The notes under the pieces were generated by a model that made no database searches, was not told the DNA's origin, and saw only the letters and a list, made by a program, of their open reading frames with translations. Below, piece by piece: positions 7,067-15,939 of a stretch of DNA of 50,133 nucleotides (the stretch's first letter is position 1; the number at the start of each line of letters is the position of its first letter). The translations under genes were made by a program, and so were the position numbers. This stretch comes from a virus, in the IMG/VR virus record IMGVR_UViG_3300045988_134114, positions 1-50,133 of that record; one strand, 5' to 3'.

Positions 7067-7200
7067 CTGCATTTTTGTGATTTTTGAATCTGTTGAAATG
7101 CCCGGAAATCGTAGTCCTACTTCGAATACAATTCGACGATGAGCCTAGAACCAGCTAAAATAAGCCATTTTATGAGAAAGAGGCAAAAAGCGGGCAAAAA

Positions 7201-8301
7201 TTATTCCAGATCAAAAATATTTTGGATGTTTTGCGCAGCATTTCGGCGCATTTCTTCACTGTAATGGACATACTTTTTGATGACCGTTTCGACGGTATCC
7301 CCTAACAATGCGGCGACCGTTTTTATGTCAACGCCCCTCGCCAGCAATGTAGTTGCATACGTATGCCGTAAGACATGAATCGAGGTATCCGGAAGGACTT
7401 TCTTTATGTGATGGTTTATGATATTTGTCTCGCTGTTTTTTAAATAAAAGATTCGCCCATCCGGGGCTACTGGGAATTTCGCTTCTTTATATTCTGTCAG
7501 GATTCTTTGCAGCGTGATAGGCATAGGAATCGTCCTTTTAGAATTCGACGTCTTTAGTTTCCCTAACTTATATTCGTATGTCTTTTCAGCTGTCCGAAAT
7601 CTTTTAAATTGGCGGATAACCTTTAATTCCTTTTTGTCTAAGTCAATGGAGGCCCATGTCAGCCCGGCAATTTCGCCATAACGCAGTCCGGCATAATATC
7701 CCACCGCAGCCATCACAGAAAGCATGTACTGATTTTCATGCAAGTATGCATATAAGCAATTGAATTCCTTGGTGGAAATCGTCTGGATTTCTTCTTCATT
7801 GATTTCTGGGTAAATGATTCCGTCCATAGGAGACTTTCTCAATAATTCGTAAAATGTGATCGCGTGGCGGATCATTACTTTGAATTTGCTCATGTATAGC
7901 TCAACAGTGGATGCGGAAAGCTTGGATTCATTTACGCAAGTTTGGATATAAGCCCGTGTAAGGTCTGGTAAAGGAATATTACATAAATCCGAAAAGGCAG
8001 CTATTGCGTTTTCATAAACATCTATAGATCCATCCGAAAGCTGCTTTTTCTTATCTATTTGGTAAATGGCCCAAAATTGTTTCAATGTGATATTTTGCAT
8101 AAGAGGGTCGGCGGGTGTCGGGACATAGTTTTCCGCTATTTCTTTTAATAGCTTTTCCCCGGCAGCTTTGGCAAGGCTTTTCTGTGAGAAGCCCTGCTTT
8201 GACTTCTGTTTCCATTTTCCGTCAGCCTTATACGACAGGATAACCTGCCAGCCGGTAGATTTTTTCCGATAATGGAAAGCATGGGGAATCATATCGTCCA
8301 T
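7201..8301 (-). CDS. int: Tyrosine integrase (recombinase 2; sits beside the lysogeny module)
   Basis: Start M24 of ORF 7201..8370 with RBS GAGGAGG. Motifs AGLRYGE, HVLRHTYAT, LLGDT, YVHY. Confidence 0.85.
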   Translation of the reverse strand: MDDMIPHAFHYRKKSTGWQVILSYKADGKWKQKSKQGFSQKSLAKAAGEKLLKEIAENYVPTPADPLMQNITLKQFWAIYQIDKKKQLSDGSIDVYENAIAAFSDLCNIPLPDLTRAYIQTCVNESKLSASTVELYMSKFKVMIRHAITFYELLRKSPMDGIIYPEINEEEIQTISTKEFNCLYAYLHENQYMLSVMAAVGYYAGLRYGEIAGLTWASIDLDKKELKVIRQFKRFRTAEKTYEYKLGKLKTSNSKRTIPMPITLQRILTEYKEAKFPVAPDGRIFYLKNSETNIINHHIKKVLPDTSIHVLRHTYATTLLARGVDIKTVAALLGDTVETVIKKYVHYSEEMRRNAAQNIQNIFDLE

Positions 8302-8549
8302 GACCTTCACCTCCTCACAAAATAAAACAAGTGTTCGGCTCATTGCGTCTAAATTTTCCCCTGCCTGCAAAACGGGCAGGGGATTTTTGCGTATTAAATG
8401 TAGAATTAAATGCAGAAAATGGGATTATTCTGCATTTATCGTCTTAAAGTGAACGATAAATGGAACGATAAAGCGCGCTTTGAACAGCTTCCAAATTGGA
8501 AATAGTTGCGGTTCCCGGCAGTTGTTGCATTTTTTGCAACAACCACTTT

Positions 8550-8933
8550 TTATATCTCCGGCTCATCGGAAGGTTCCGGCAGCTTTTTAGGTTCATCTTC
8601 GGTATTCGTCATATCCGAAGATTCCACAAAATGAGTATGTTTTACTCTCCAGCCGGTCATTTTGTTGAACAGCCAAAAGCCATAGATGCCAAAGGTAATA
8701 ATGGTGAAGAACCACCATTTGATATAGCTGCCGAATAGTTGCAGTCCTGTTCCATCGAAGTATAGTTGTCTGCCGTCAATGAAGGTATTCCGGCATATCC
8801 AGCGTTGGAATATGACGGATCCCCACGGATAGGCGAGGCCCAACGTACATACGGTTATTAAAAATGCGAGTAGGCCATACCCGATAAAGCCGAATATAGA
8901 ACCTGTAAATTTGGATTCGTTTGAGAAAATCAT
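8550..8933 (-). CDS. Multi-pass membrane protein, DUF898/YjgN-like
   Basis: 127 aa. Motifs LITVCTLGLAYPWG and FFTIITFGIYGFW. Last gene of the repressor operon. Confidence 0.5.
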   Translation of the reverse strand: MIFSNESKFTGSIFGFIGYGLLAFLITVCTLGLAYPWGSVIFQRWICRNTFIDGRQLYFDGTGLQLFGSYIKWWFFTIITFGIYGFWLFNKMTGWRVKHTHFVESSDMTNTEDEPKKLPEPSDEPEI

Positions 8934-8947
8934 ATTTTATCACCTTT

Positions 8948-9511
8948 TTAGAATAAGCCACCTAAACCGCTGAGGACAGCCCCGGCAATTCGATTATTCC
9001 GCTCTCTGCGTTTTTCCGATTCTGCTTTTTCTTCGGCTTCCTTCTTTTTCTTTTCTTGTTCTTTCAGCCGTTCTTCTTGCTGGGCTTTATACTCGGCAAG
9101 TTTGGCGTCACGACCAGCAAGGATAGCAGAAGTATTTTTCACAGCTTCTCCCAATGTATCGGGACGAATTTCTATGGTTTTGGTTTCTGGTATTTCTATG
9201 TATGTAGAATCATTATCATAAAAATATTTTATAGTGTTAGAATGGCAAAGGGTATTACGAGCATAGTTTATGGAAACCTTTGATACGTAATAGCACCTAT
9301 CAGCCGGGTATGCTGATGTCACGTAAAACATTGCTGTATCAGTAGACGGATTATATTCTAAAGATTTTGTGTTAATGTACATTGTAACGGTACTGTTGGA
9401 AGTAACCCAATACAGGTTAGGGTTTTTACTAAAGTCTTGGGCCACTGATATGTTAAAAAACATGAAAACAGCACATAGAATAAAGAAAATTCGCTTAATC
9501 ATTATCATCAT
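8948..9511 (-). CDS. Secreted or membrane-anchored protein with a signal peptide, K/E-rich coiled coil and hydrophobic C-terminus
   Basis: N-terminus MMIMIKRIFFILCAVFMFFNISVAQD. C-terminus ...KKKKEAEEKAESEKRRERNNRIAGAVLSGLGGLF. Confidence 0.55.
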   Translation of the reverse strand: MMIMIKRIFFILCAVFMFFNISVAQDFSKNPNLYWVTSNSTVTMYINTKSLEYNPSTDTAMFYVTSAYPADRCYYVSKVSINYARNTLCHSNTIKYFYDNDSTYIEIPETKTIEIRPDTLGEAVKNTSAILAGRDAKLAEYKAQQEERLKEQEKKKKEAEEKAESEKRRERNNRIAGAVLSGLGGLF

Positions 9512-9555
9512 CCTATCTTTTACGCACCTACCAGCGTAGGTAAAGTTTTTTATTG

Positions 9556-10656
9556 CTAGTTATCTTTTGGCAATAACGAATTTAAACGAGCAATTAAAGC
9601 ATCAGATAAGTTATAGATATCATCGACCGTTTCAAAGTCATAACGTGTACTTTCCTCTCCATTTTTTATGATTACATATTTAGCGCGTTCTTTAATATAG
9701 ATACGGCAAATCCATTTTGTTGTTTTATTATCCAAATTTATAGCGAAATATGTTTCTTTGTCGGTATATGTTATTCTATCTGGCGGTACTTGAGTTCTCA
9801 AAATAGATTTAACTACATAGAAGGAATCAAGTTCTTCTTGAGTTGTTATGATCTTAGATACAGGGGCATCATCTGTATCGGAATCAGAGGTGATAGAATT
9901 TGATTGAGATGTCGCTGGGGTAGTATCCGTTTCGGAATCCTCATTTTTAGCTAAGGCATTTTTTAGACGATCATTAATCATTTCTGTTATGACCAAACTG
10001 ATGGAGCGTTTTACAAGCGGCTGATATTTTTCTACAATGCTTTGTGTTTTTACTCCTTCATATACACCTCGATTTAGAATCAGGCGGACGAGATCGTCAC
10101 TTGGATTTGCAAATTCATCTTTAAGAATTTGTCGTATTTGACCCATATATTTCAATTCTGCGGCAGAATCAAAAATTTCGTCTTTATCAAAGTTTTCCTT
10201 TGTGAATTTTTGTAGCTCTTGGATTTGGTAGTCCTTTAAGTTCAATAAGTTGATTTCAAGGAAAGGCGCTTCGTCCATTTTGTTGGTTTCTTCAATATCC
10301 GTATAAAAACGATATATGATACCATTGGTTAAAATAGCGAATTTGGCGTCAGTTGTTCCAAAATATCTGAAGAGTTGGGAATCATGCTTATCTAAGTTTT
10401 CAGAAATACTTTTGCACTCAACAAGTATCATAGGGCTATTGTTGATTAAGATTGCATAGTCTACCTTTTCGCCTTTTTTTATTCCAACATCGGCAGTAAA
10501 TTCCGGTACAAATTCATTGGGATTAAAAATGTCATAGCCCATAGCTTGGAAGAAGGGCATAATTAAAGAGGTTTTTGTTGCTTCCTCGGTTGAAATATTA
10601 TCTTTCAAGCTTTCAATTCTGCTTTTAAATGAAGTTATTTTTTCCTCGAATGTCAT
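9556..10656 (-). CDS. PD-(D/E)xK nuclease-fold protein with a type I restriction HsdR N-terminal-like domain (HSDR_N_2-like)
   Basis: 366 aa. Motifs ATKTSLIMPFFQAMGYD, KVDYAILINNSPMILVECKS, FAILTNGIIYRFY. Confidence 0.6.
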   Translation of the reverse strand: MTFEEKITSFKSRIESLKDNISTEEATKTSLIMPFFQAMGYDIFNPNEFVPEFTADVGIKKGEKVDYAILINNSPMILVECKSISENLDKHDSQLFRYFGTTDAKFAILTNGIIYRFYTDIEETNKMDEAPFLEINLLNLKDYQIQELQKFTKENFDKDEIFDSAAELKYMGQIRQILKDEFANPSDDLVRLILNRGVYEGVKTQSIVEKYQPLVKRSISLVITEMINDRLKNALAKNEDSETDTTPATSQSNSITSDSDTDDAPVSKIITTQEELDSFYVVKSILRTQVPPDRITYTDKETYFAINLDNKTTKWICRIYIKERAKYVIIKNGEESTRYDFETVDDIYNLSDALIARLNSLLPKDN

Positions 10657-10674
10657 AATATCCGCCGCCTTTAT

Positions 10675-11310
10675 TTAAAATTTATTTTTCCCTCTCAACT
10701 CGACTACCTCGCCCAGTATCTGGACAGGTAGTTTTTCTATTTCATCGTTCGTGTAGAAGTGGGGCTCGTATACGCTGATGTTATTGGCAATAAGAGTAAT
10801 ACCGTTTTCCTGCTTTTTTACACGCTTGAGCGTGGCCTCGTTGCCATTGATGAGGACAACCGCAACTTTGCCGGATTCTACATCTGCCTGCCGCTTTACG
10901 ATGACGACGTCGCCTTCCAATATGCGCGGCTCCATCGAATGGCCCTTGACTTTAAGACCGAAAAATTCGCCCGTTGCGGCCATTTCCCGCGGGATTTCCT
11001 CCCAGTCAATCACTTCCTCGACGGCATCCATAGGAATACCGGCAACGATACGGCCCAAAACAGGGATACGGACGTATTTGCTGTTTGGTTGTTGCGTAGT
11101 TGGAGTCGTGGGCGAATCATTCGCCAAAATATAATCGGCTGAAACATTAAATAATTGGGATAATTCTTTTATTTTCCTAACTGGTTGGCTTTCACCTGTT
11201 TCGTATTTAACATAAGCTGTTCGGCTTATGCCTAGATGTTTGGCTACTTCATTTTGTGACAATCCTTTTGCCTCTCGCAGTTCTCGCAACCTTTTACCTG
11301 TTTGGTTCAT
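10675..11310 (-). CDS. CI-like repressor, XRE HTH plus LexA/S24 peptidase domain
   Basis: Start M7 of ORF 10675..11328 (RBS GAGGTG). HTH motif LSQNEVAKHLGISRTAYVKYE. S24 motifs VKGHSMEP and ATLKRV. Confidence 0.85.
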   Translation of the reverse strand: MNQTGKRLRELREAKGLSQNEVAKHLGISRTAYVKYETGESQPVRKIKELSQLFNVSADYILANDSPTTPTTQQPNSKYVRIPVLGRIVAGIPMDAVEEVIDWEEIPREMAATGEFFGLKVKGHSMEPRILEGDVVIVKRQADVESGKVAVVLINGNEATLKRVKKQENGITLIANNISVYEPHFYTNDEIEKLPVQILGEVVELRGKNKF

Positions 11311-11333
11311 ATAATTCACCTCTAACAATAGTA

Positions 11334-11440
11334 TATGTGAAAAGTACTCACATTGGAATATGTGAATTTAACTACCATAAAACATTGACATGTGAGCTAA
11401 AGTTTTATATAATAACGTTAGATGGGTGAGGTAAACTCAC
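11334..11440. promoter_or_regulatory. Immunity switch region with repeated ATGTGA(G)/(C)TCACAT half-sites and a rightward promoter (-35 TTGACA 11385-11390, 17 nt, -10 TATAAT 11408-11413)
   Basis: ATGTGAAAAGTACTCACAT inverted repeat plus further TGTGA/TCACA copies overlapping the promoter. Confidence 0.65.
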
Positions 11441-11463
11441 ATAAGAAAAAGGGAGGTGAGAAA

Positions 11464-11655
11464 ATGAAGCGTATTCGTGAACTTCGGGAAGCCAATAATT
11501 TGACACAAGAAGAGCTGGCTAAAAAAGTGGCTGTAAGCAGGACTGCCGTTACTAAATGGGAAACTGGGGAGTGTATGCCGAAGACAGATAAATTAATTGC
11601 GTTGGCTACCGTTTTTAATTGCAGTATTGATTATTTATTATGCAATGATGAGTGA
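11464..11655 (+). CDS. Cro-like XRE-family HTH regulator
   Basis: Start M15 of ORF 11422..11655 with RBS GGGAGGTGAG. Motif LTQEELAKKVAVSRTAVTKWE. Confidence 0.75.
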   Translation: MKRIRELREANNLTQEELAKKVAVSRTAVTKWETGECMPKTDKLIALATVFNCSIDYLLCNDE

Positions 11656-11685
11656 GTTTAAGTTTGCATAAGAGGAGGCGAGAAG

Positions 11686-11793
11686 GTGAAACTGCTGGAT
11701 TGGCTTATGAGGCACGAGAAAGTCATCATTATCGTCGTGTCTGTCATAACAACGTGGGTATGTATGGCGATTGGTGCTTACTTTACCAGATAG
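11686..11793 (+). CDS. Possible 35-aa single-TM peptide (GTG start)
   Basis: RBS AGGAGG 7 nt upstream. My translation is VKLLDWLMRHEKVIIIVVSVITTWVCMAIGAYFTR*. Too short for the ORF track. Confidence 0.3.
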   Translation: MKLLDWLMRHEKVIIIVVSVITTWVCMAIGAYFTR

Positions 11794-12211
11794 GCAGCTT
11801 ACTAGTGACAAGATAAGTCAAAACAGAAGTCACTATAGGAACGATAACAGACCAGATAATACGCTGGTGGAGGTTTTGACGAGAATTCTCTTGTAAGTCT
11901 CGCAGAACAATGTATCCGCGAGCGGATATGAAAAATCTGGCGCCGTCAATAATGTTCCAGTTACGGATTTGATATTCTTCTATATCGCTAGTTTGGATAT
12001 AGCGTAAATGGCGCTTGCTATCAGCGGAAGTTCCATCGAGCGGGTCAGCATCATATGGAAAGCAAAGATATTTGATTCGTTCATGTAACTCTTCCGGATG
12101 TATTTTATGGAAATGTTGGCAGATTTCAGCGTAAGAAACAGGCTGGTGTTTTTCGACAAAAGCAAGAATTTCTAAATCGGTAATGGATGTATTTTTTGTC
12201 ACGATAATCAC
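11783..12211 (-). CDS. Hypothetical protein, winged-helix-like N-terminus plus C-terminal TM helix, transcribed against the early operon
   Basis: 142 aa ORF. C-terminus IIWSVIVPIVTSVLTYLVTSKL. Confidence 0.5.
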   Translation of the reverse strand: MIIVTKNTSITDLEILAFVEKHQPVSYAEICQHFHKIHPEELHERIKYLCFPYDADPLDGTSADSKRHLRYIQTSDIEEYQIRNWNIIDGARFFISARGYIVLRDLQENSRQNLHQRIIWSVIVPIVTSVLTYLVTSKLPIW

Positions 12212-12256
12212 CTCATGAATATTGTACCATGAGGGACTACGGAAGGAGGCGATTAC

Positions 12257-12493
12257 ATGAGCTCAAGCCAGGAAAGAGCATTTTTGTTAAGCGAATTATT
12301 AAACGCCTATCCCCGTATTTTTACGGTGCAGATGGTTGAAATGTTTGCGCGGCGTTTAGCGGAATGCGATGTGGAAACATTGGATTTTGTCCTTGATGAC
12401 TGGATTCAGAAAAAGGATATTCCGCCAACAGTGGCCGACTTAAAGGAACGCTGCGAGTTAATCGAAACGTTCTGGGCCAAAAAAGATGAGTAA
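12257..12493 (+). CDS. Hypothetical early protein
   Basis: ORF track. RBS GGAAGGAGG. Confidence 0.5.
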   Translation: MSSSQERAFLLSELLNAYPRIFTVQMVEMFARRLAECDVETLDFVLDDWIQKKDIPPTVADLKERCELIETFWAKKDE

Positions 12494-12510
12494 GCAGGAG
12501 GTGTATTGAG

Positions 12511-12771
12511 ATGGTAAGCCCGCAGGAATTAGAGGAAATGCGAGAACGGGATAACGCCCACAAACAGGAGGCGTTGAATCTTTTGACCGTGGCCTTGACC
12601 TTTGATGCAAAGTTCTTCAAGTTTCAGCTCATCAATGACGGCAACACGGTCAAGATTACGGATGTCGGGAACGACGAGGAGCATAATTTTCTCCTGTGCA
12701 ACGTTGCCGGTGACAACATCCCCGCGATGCTGTACGACGTGCTCAAACAGGGCCGGGAGTGGTTATTTTAG
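12511..12771 (+). CDS. Hypothetical early protein
   Basis: ORF track. RBS AGGAGGTG. Confidence 0.5.
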   Translation: MVSPQELEEMRERDNAHKQEALNLLTVALTFDAKFFKFQLINDGNTVKITDVGNDEEHNFLLCNVAGDNIPAMLYDVLKQGREWLF

Positions 12772-12780
12772 GAGGGGAAT

Positions 12781-13104
12781 ATGGAAAAGCTGGCGTATAG
12801 CCGGGAAGACCTCATGAAGCTTTTCCAGTGCGGGCCGACGTCAATCTGGCGAATGGAGCAAGACGGAAGGCTCAAAAAGCTGAACAGCATTCCCGGCTGC
12901 ATGTATCGGGCCAAAGAGGTTTTTGAACTTTTAGAGCTTGGCCCGGACTATGAACAACGGTCGCCCTTCGCATGGCGGCGGCTAGAAAATGAGAATAAGG
13001 AGCTGAAGGCCGAGGTCGCCGCCCTCAAGATGCGGCTTTCGCGAATCTCGGCCATGGCGTTGGGCACATTGCCCATCAGCGATGAAGGGAGGGAAGGAGC
13101 ATGA
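12781..13104 (+). CDS. HTH (excisionase/MerR-like) protein with a coiled-coil tail
   Basis: Motifs SREDLMKLFQCGPTSIWRMEQDGRL and ENENKELKAEVAALKMRL. Confidence 0.45.
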   Translation: MEKLAYSREDLMKLFQCGPTSIWRMEQDGRLKKLNSIPGCMYRAKEVFELLELGPDYEQRSPFAWRRLENENKELKAEVAALKMRLSRISAMALGTLPISDEGREGA

Positions 13105-13439
13105 AAACGGATGAACGGCGTAATTGGCGGGGCATTACTTGCCACGATGCAGCAAGTTACCGGCAAGTTAAGCCGATACGCTGGAAAAGGTGCATGGCTG
13201 CTACACTGGCGGCCACCTTGGCCGTCGGTATGCTGGCCGGTTGGGTGGCAACGCAGCAAGTTACGCCGCCCGCGGTCTATACGGTACAGGCTGGGGATAC
13301 GCTTTGGAGCATTGCCGAGCGGTTCGCCACGGAAGACGTCGACCTGCGGGAAGCCTACTGGCAGATCATGCAGGACAATGGCCTGAATACCGACGGCGTG
13401 ATACAGCCGGGGCAGCGGCTCGTCATTTACCGCTACTAA
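13101..13439 (+). CDS. Membrane-anchored LysM-domain protein
   Basis: TM segment AATLAATLAVGMLAGWV. LysM motif YTVQAGDTLWSIAERF...IQPGQRLVIY. Confidence 0.65.
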   Translation: MKTDERRNWRGITCHDAASYRQVKPIRWKRCMAATLAATLAVGMLAGWVATQQVTPPAVYTVQAGDTLWSIAERFATEDVDLREAYWQIMQDNGLNTDGVIQPGQRLVIYRY

Positions 13440-13486
13440 AAAACGGCGGCCATAATTTTATTTTACCCGAAAGGAGGTGAAACTCC

Positions 13487-13951
13487 ATGAAACGGGACTT
13501 CACAACGCTCATGATTTTGGCACGAAAGAATGCCGGTCTGACGCAGGAAGGCGCAGCCGAACAGCTGGGGCTTTCCCGCCGAGGGCTTGCGTATTACGAG
13601 CAGGGGAAAATTCCCAACGATACTATCGTTGCCAAAATGATGCAGGTCTATAATTCGCCGCTGATTGGGTACGTATATCTTTCGGAAAAAACCGCAACAG
13701 GGCAACGCCTTTTGCCGCCTATCAAGGCAGTCGGCGTATCATCCGGGGCTATGCAATTACGAATCAACCTGAAAAAGGCCGCGCACGAGTATGAGGACAT
13801 CGAGATGATATGTTCTGATGACGTCATTCAACCGGCCGAGCTGGGAAGGTTTTCCAAATGCATTTCGTCACTGGATGGGTTAATATCTTCGATTCTTTCC
13901 TTGAAGATGCTGAAATTGAAGCGAAACCAGAAGAAAATGGAGGGAATATGA
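13487..13951 (+). CDS. XRE-family HTH protein
   Basis: Motif LTQEGAAEQLGLSRRGLAYYEQGK. Confidence 0.6.
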   Translation: MKRDFTTLMILARKNAGLTQEGAAEQLGLSRRGLAYYEQGKIPNDTIVAKMMQVYNSPLIGYVYLSEKTATGQRLLPPIKAVGVSSGAMQLRINLKKAAHEYEDIEMICSDDVIQPAELGRFSKCISSLDGLISSILSLKMLKLKRNQKKMEGI

Positions 13952-14134
13952 CACATTTTATGTACGTGGCAGTCATGGTCAACTATCAAAAAGCTGATAG
14001 ATTAAAGTTAAAGAGTAAAGGAAAAAGCCCCGCGGGGGCAACCGCAGGGCTTTAAGAGAGAATTAACTTTTGAAAACGTTTTCGTAGTCATTATATCACA
14101 ACTGCGAAGACGACGAAAGGAGAGAATTTTTCGA

Positions 14135-14464
14135 ATGGTCACACAAACAAGAGATTTGAAAGAATTTGTCAGAGCGTTTAATACAAGCCGGAAACTGGGC
14201 GACGTCGTCAGCCGGATGACAACGGTCGCTTATGACGGCAGCTATGGCCGGAGAGCCTTCTACCTTCATCCGCTGCCGCGGCTGACGAAATCAAAGTTCC
14301 AGTTCTATGTCAGCCAGGACCCGGCAAAGAAAGGCGAGGCGCCGACGTGGTCGCTGGCCATGATGAGCGGCGGAAAGGTCGATCTCGAGACAAAAGAGTC
14401 CGGGCTCGATGAGGACACGGTATTACGCCGGATTCTGGAAATTATCAAGAGAGAGGAGAATTAA
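14135..14464 (+). CDS. Hypothetical protein
   Basis: ORF track. RBS AAAGGAGAG. Confidence 0.5.
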   Translation: MVTQTRDLKEFVRAFNTSRKLGDVVSRMTTVAYDGSYGRRAFYLHPLPRLTKSKFQFYVSQDPAKKGEAPTWSLAMMSGGKVDLETKESGLDEDTVLRRILEIIKREEN

Positions 14465-14466
14465 CG

Positions 14467-14739
14467 ATGGAAAAATTGGCAACCATTCATGCCGAACTTA
14501 CAGATGAAGGGGTAACGGTTAAGATCTCAGGGGAAGCTCCGGCTGTAGTGGCAGTTATAGGTCAAATTATTGTGCAGGGAATGAACTGCTTAAAGAATAA
14601 CGATCGCAATGCTTTGCAAGGCATATGCGCAATTTGTCTAAAAGATGATGCGAAAGGGTATGAATTTATCACAAAAGAATTAGCGGCAGAAGTTGCAAGC
14701 ATATTGCTCTCAAAAAGGAGTGGTTCTCGTGAATGCTAA
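14467..14739 (+). CDS. Hypothetical protein
   Basis: ORF track. Confidence 0.45.
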   Translation: MEKLATIHAELTDEGVTVKISGEAPAVVAVIGQIIVQGMNCLKNNDRNALQGICAICLKDDAKGYEFITKELAAEVASILLSKRSGSREC

Positions 14740-15667
14740 ATTAATCATGACAGTTGAACAGATGAAATACCGCGACATCTGGCGGCAGACGCGGAACCTT
14801 GGGATCGGCGGCTCCGACGCCGGCGCTATCATGGGCATGAACCCGTGGAAAAGCAAATATCAGCTCTGGTTGGAAAAGACCGGACAGGCGGAGCCGGAAG
14901 ACATATCCGGAAAAGAATCGGTCTACTGGGGCACGGTCTTAGAGGCGCCCGTCGCTGACCGCTTCGCCGAACTCACCGGGAAAAAGATTCGCCGGGCGGG
15001 CATGATGCAGAATATCAAAGACCCGTGGATGTTGGCCAACGTCGACCGGCTGATCGTCGGCGAGAAGGCCGGGCTGGAATGCAAGTGCACGAACGCTTTT
15101 TCGGTCAAGGACTGGAAAGAGGACAATTTGCCTGATAGCTATTACTGGCAGTGCCAGCACTACATGATGACGACGGGCCTGCCGGTCTGGTACATCGCCG
15201 TCCTGATCGGCGGCAACAGCTTCGACTATAAGGCCGTTCCCCGGCACGACGACGACATCAAGGCCTTGTACGAGGCCGAGGCGGAATTCTGGCTGAAGAA
15301 TGTCAAAGAGGGCGTGATGCCGGATATTGACGGCAGCGAATCGACGGCAAAGGCCATTGAAAAGCAGTTTGCCGGAAATAAATCCGACCCGATCGAACTG
15401 CCGAGCGAAGCGGCGGACATTTTACAGCTCCTTCATAATTTCAAGCAACAGGAAAAAGACGTTAAGGCTGCCATTCAGGAGCAGGAGAATAAGCTATGCG
15501 CCATGATGGGCGACTATGAAGTCGGCTTCATCGGCGATCAGAAAATCACTTGGAAATGGCAGGACGGGCGAATTACTGTTGATAGTAAAAAGCTGAAAAA
15601 GGATTTCCCGGAAATCTATGCGCAAGTCACGAAGCAGGGCAAGCCGTCGCGTAGGCTCCGGGCTTAG
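14729..15667 (+). CDS. YqaJ-like (lambda Exo-type) recombination exonuclease
   Basis: Motifs GIGGSDAGAIMGMNPWKSKYQLWLEKTG, ANVDRLIV, LECKC and QCQHYMMTTG. GTG at 14729 follows AAAGGAG (alternative ATG at 14747). Confidence 0.8.
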   Translation: MNAKLIMTVEQMKYRDIWRQTRNLGIGGSDAGAIMGMNPWKSKYQLWLEKTGQAEPEDISGKESVYWGTVLEAPVADRFAELTGKKIRRAGMMQNIKDPWMLANVDRLIVGEKAGLECKCTNAFSVKDWKEDNLPDSYYWQCQHYMMTTGLPVWYIAVLIGGNSFDYKAVPRHDDDIKALYEAEAEFWLKNVKEGVMPDIDGSESTAKAIEKQFAGNKSDPIELPSEAADILQLLHNFKQQEKDVKAAIQEQENKLCAMMGDYEVGFIGDQKITWKWQDGRITVDSKKLKKDFPEIYAQVTKQGKPSRRLRA

Positions 15668-15676
15668 GAGGTCACA

Positions 15677-15877
15677 ATGAAGGTTATCATCAACATGTCT
15701 GGCGAGCCGGACGAAATCATGGCGCTGTTCCGGGAAGTCGTTGGGACAGACATCAAAGAGAACGTTATCACTGAAACAAATTCTCAAAAAAAACGAGCGG
15801 GACGGCCTAAGAAGACCGTAACGACGGAAGAGAAGGACGACATTGACAAGGAAATAGAATCTAAGATTTTCGGATAA
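15677..15877 (+). CDS. Hypothetical small protein with an AT-hook-like KKRAGRPKK
   Basis: ORF track. Confidence 0.4.
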   Translation: MKVIINMSGEPDEIMALFREVVGTDIKENVITETNSQKKRAGRPKKTVTTEEKDDIDKEIESKIFG

Positions 15878-15939
15878 GAAGGCGGGCTGATCATTTTCGC
15901 GAGTTGGCGAAAATGATCGGCTTATAAGGAGGAATAGAC

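Noticed and set aside
6798-7200. A CRISPR array, mini-array or solitary repeat next to the lone cas7. GTTGAAAT at 7092-7099 resembles the 3' end of type I-C repeats
   Set aside because: No second copy of any ~30-nt unit. No repeat-like stem precedes the motif. No spacer-repeat periodicity appears anywhere in the window. The 8-mer match alone is not meaningful.
8358-8382. The hairpin CCCCTGCCTGCAAAACGGGCAGGGG plus T-run as a terminator for a plus-strand gene
   Set aside because: No plus-strand gene lies upstream, and the hairpin overlaps the int 5' region. It is more likely part of the int regulatory or att region. It is mentioned only under the attP candidates.
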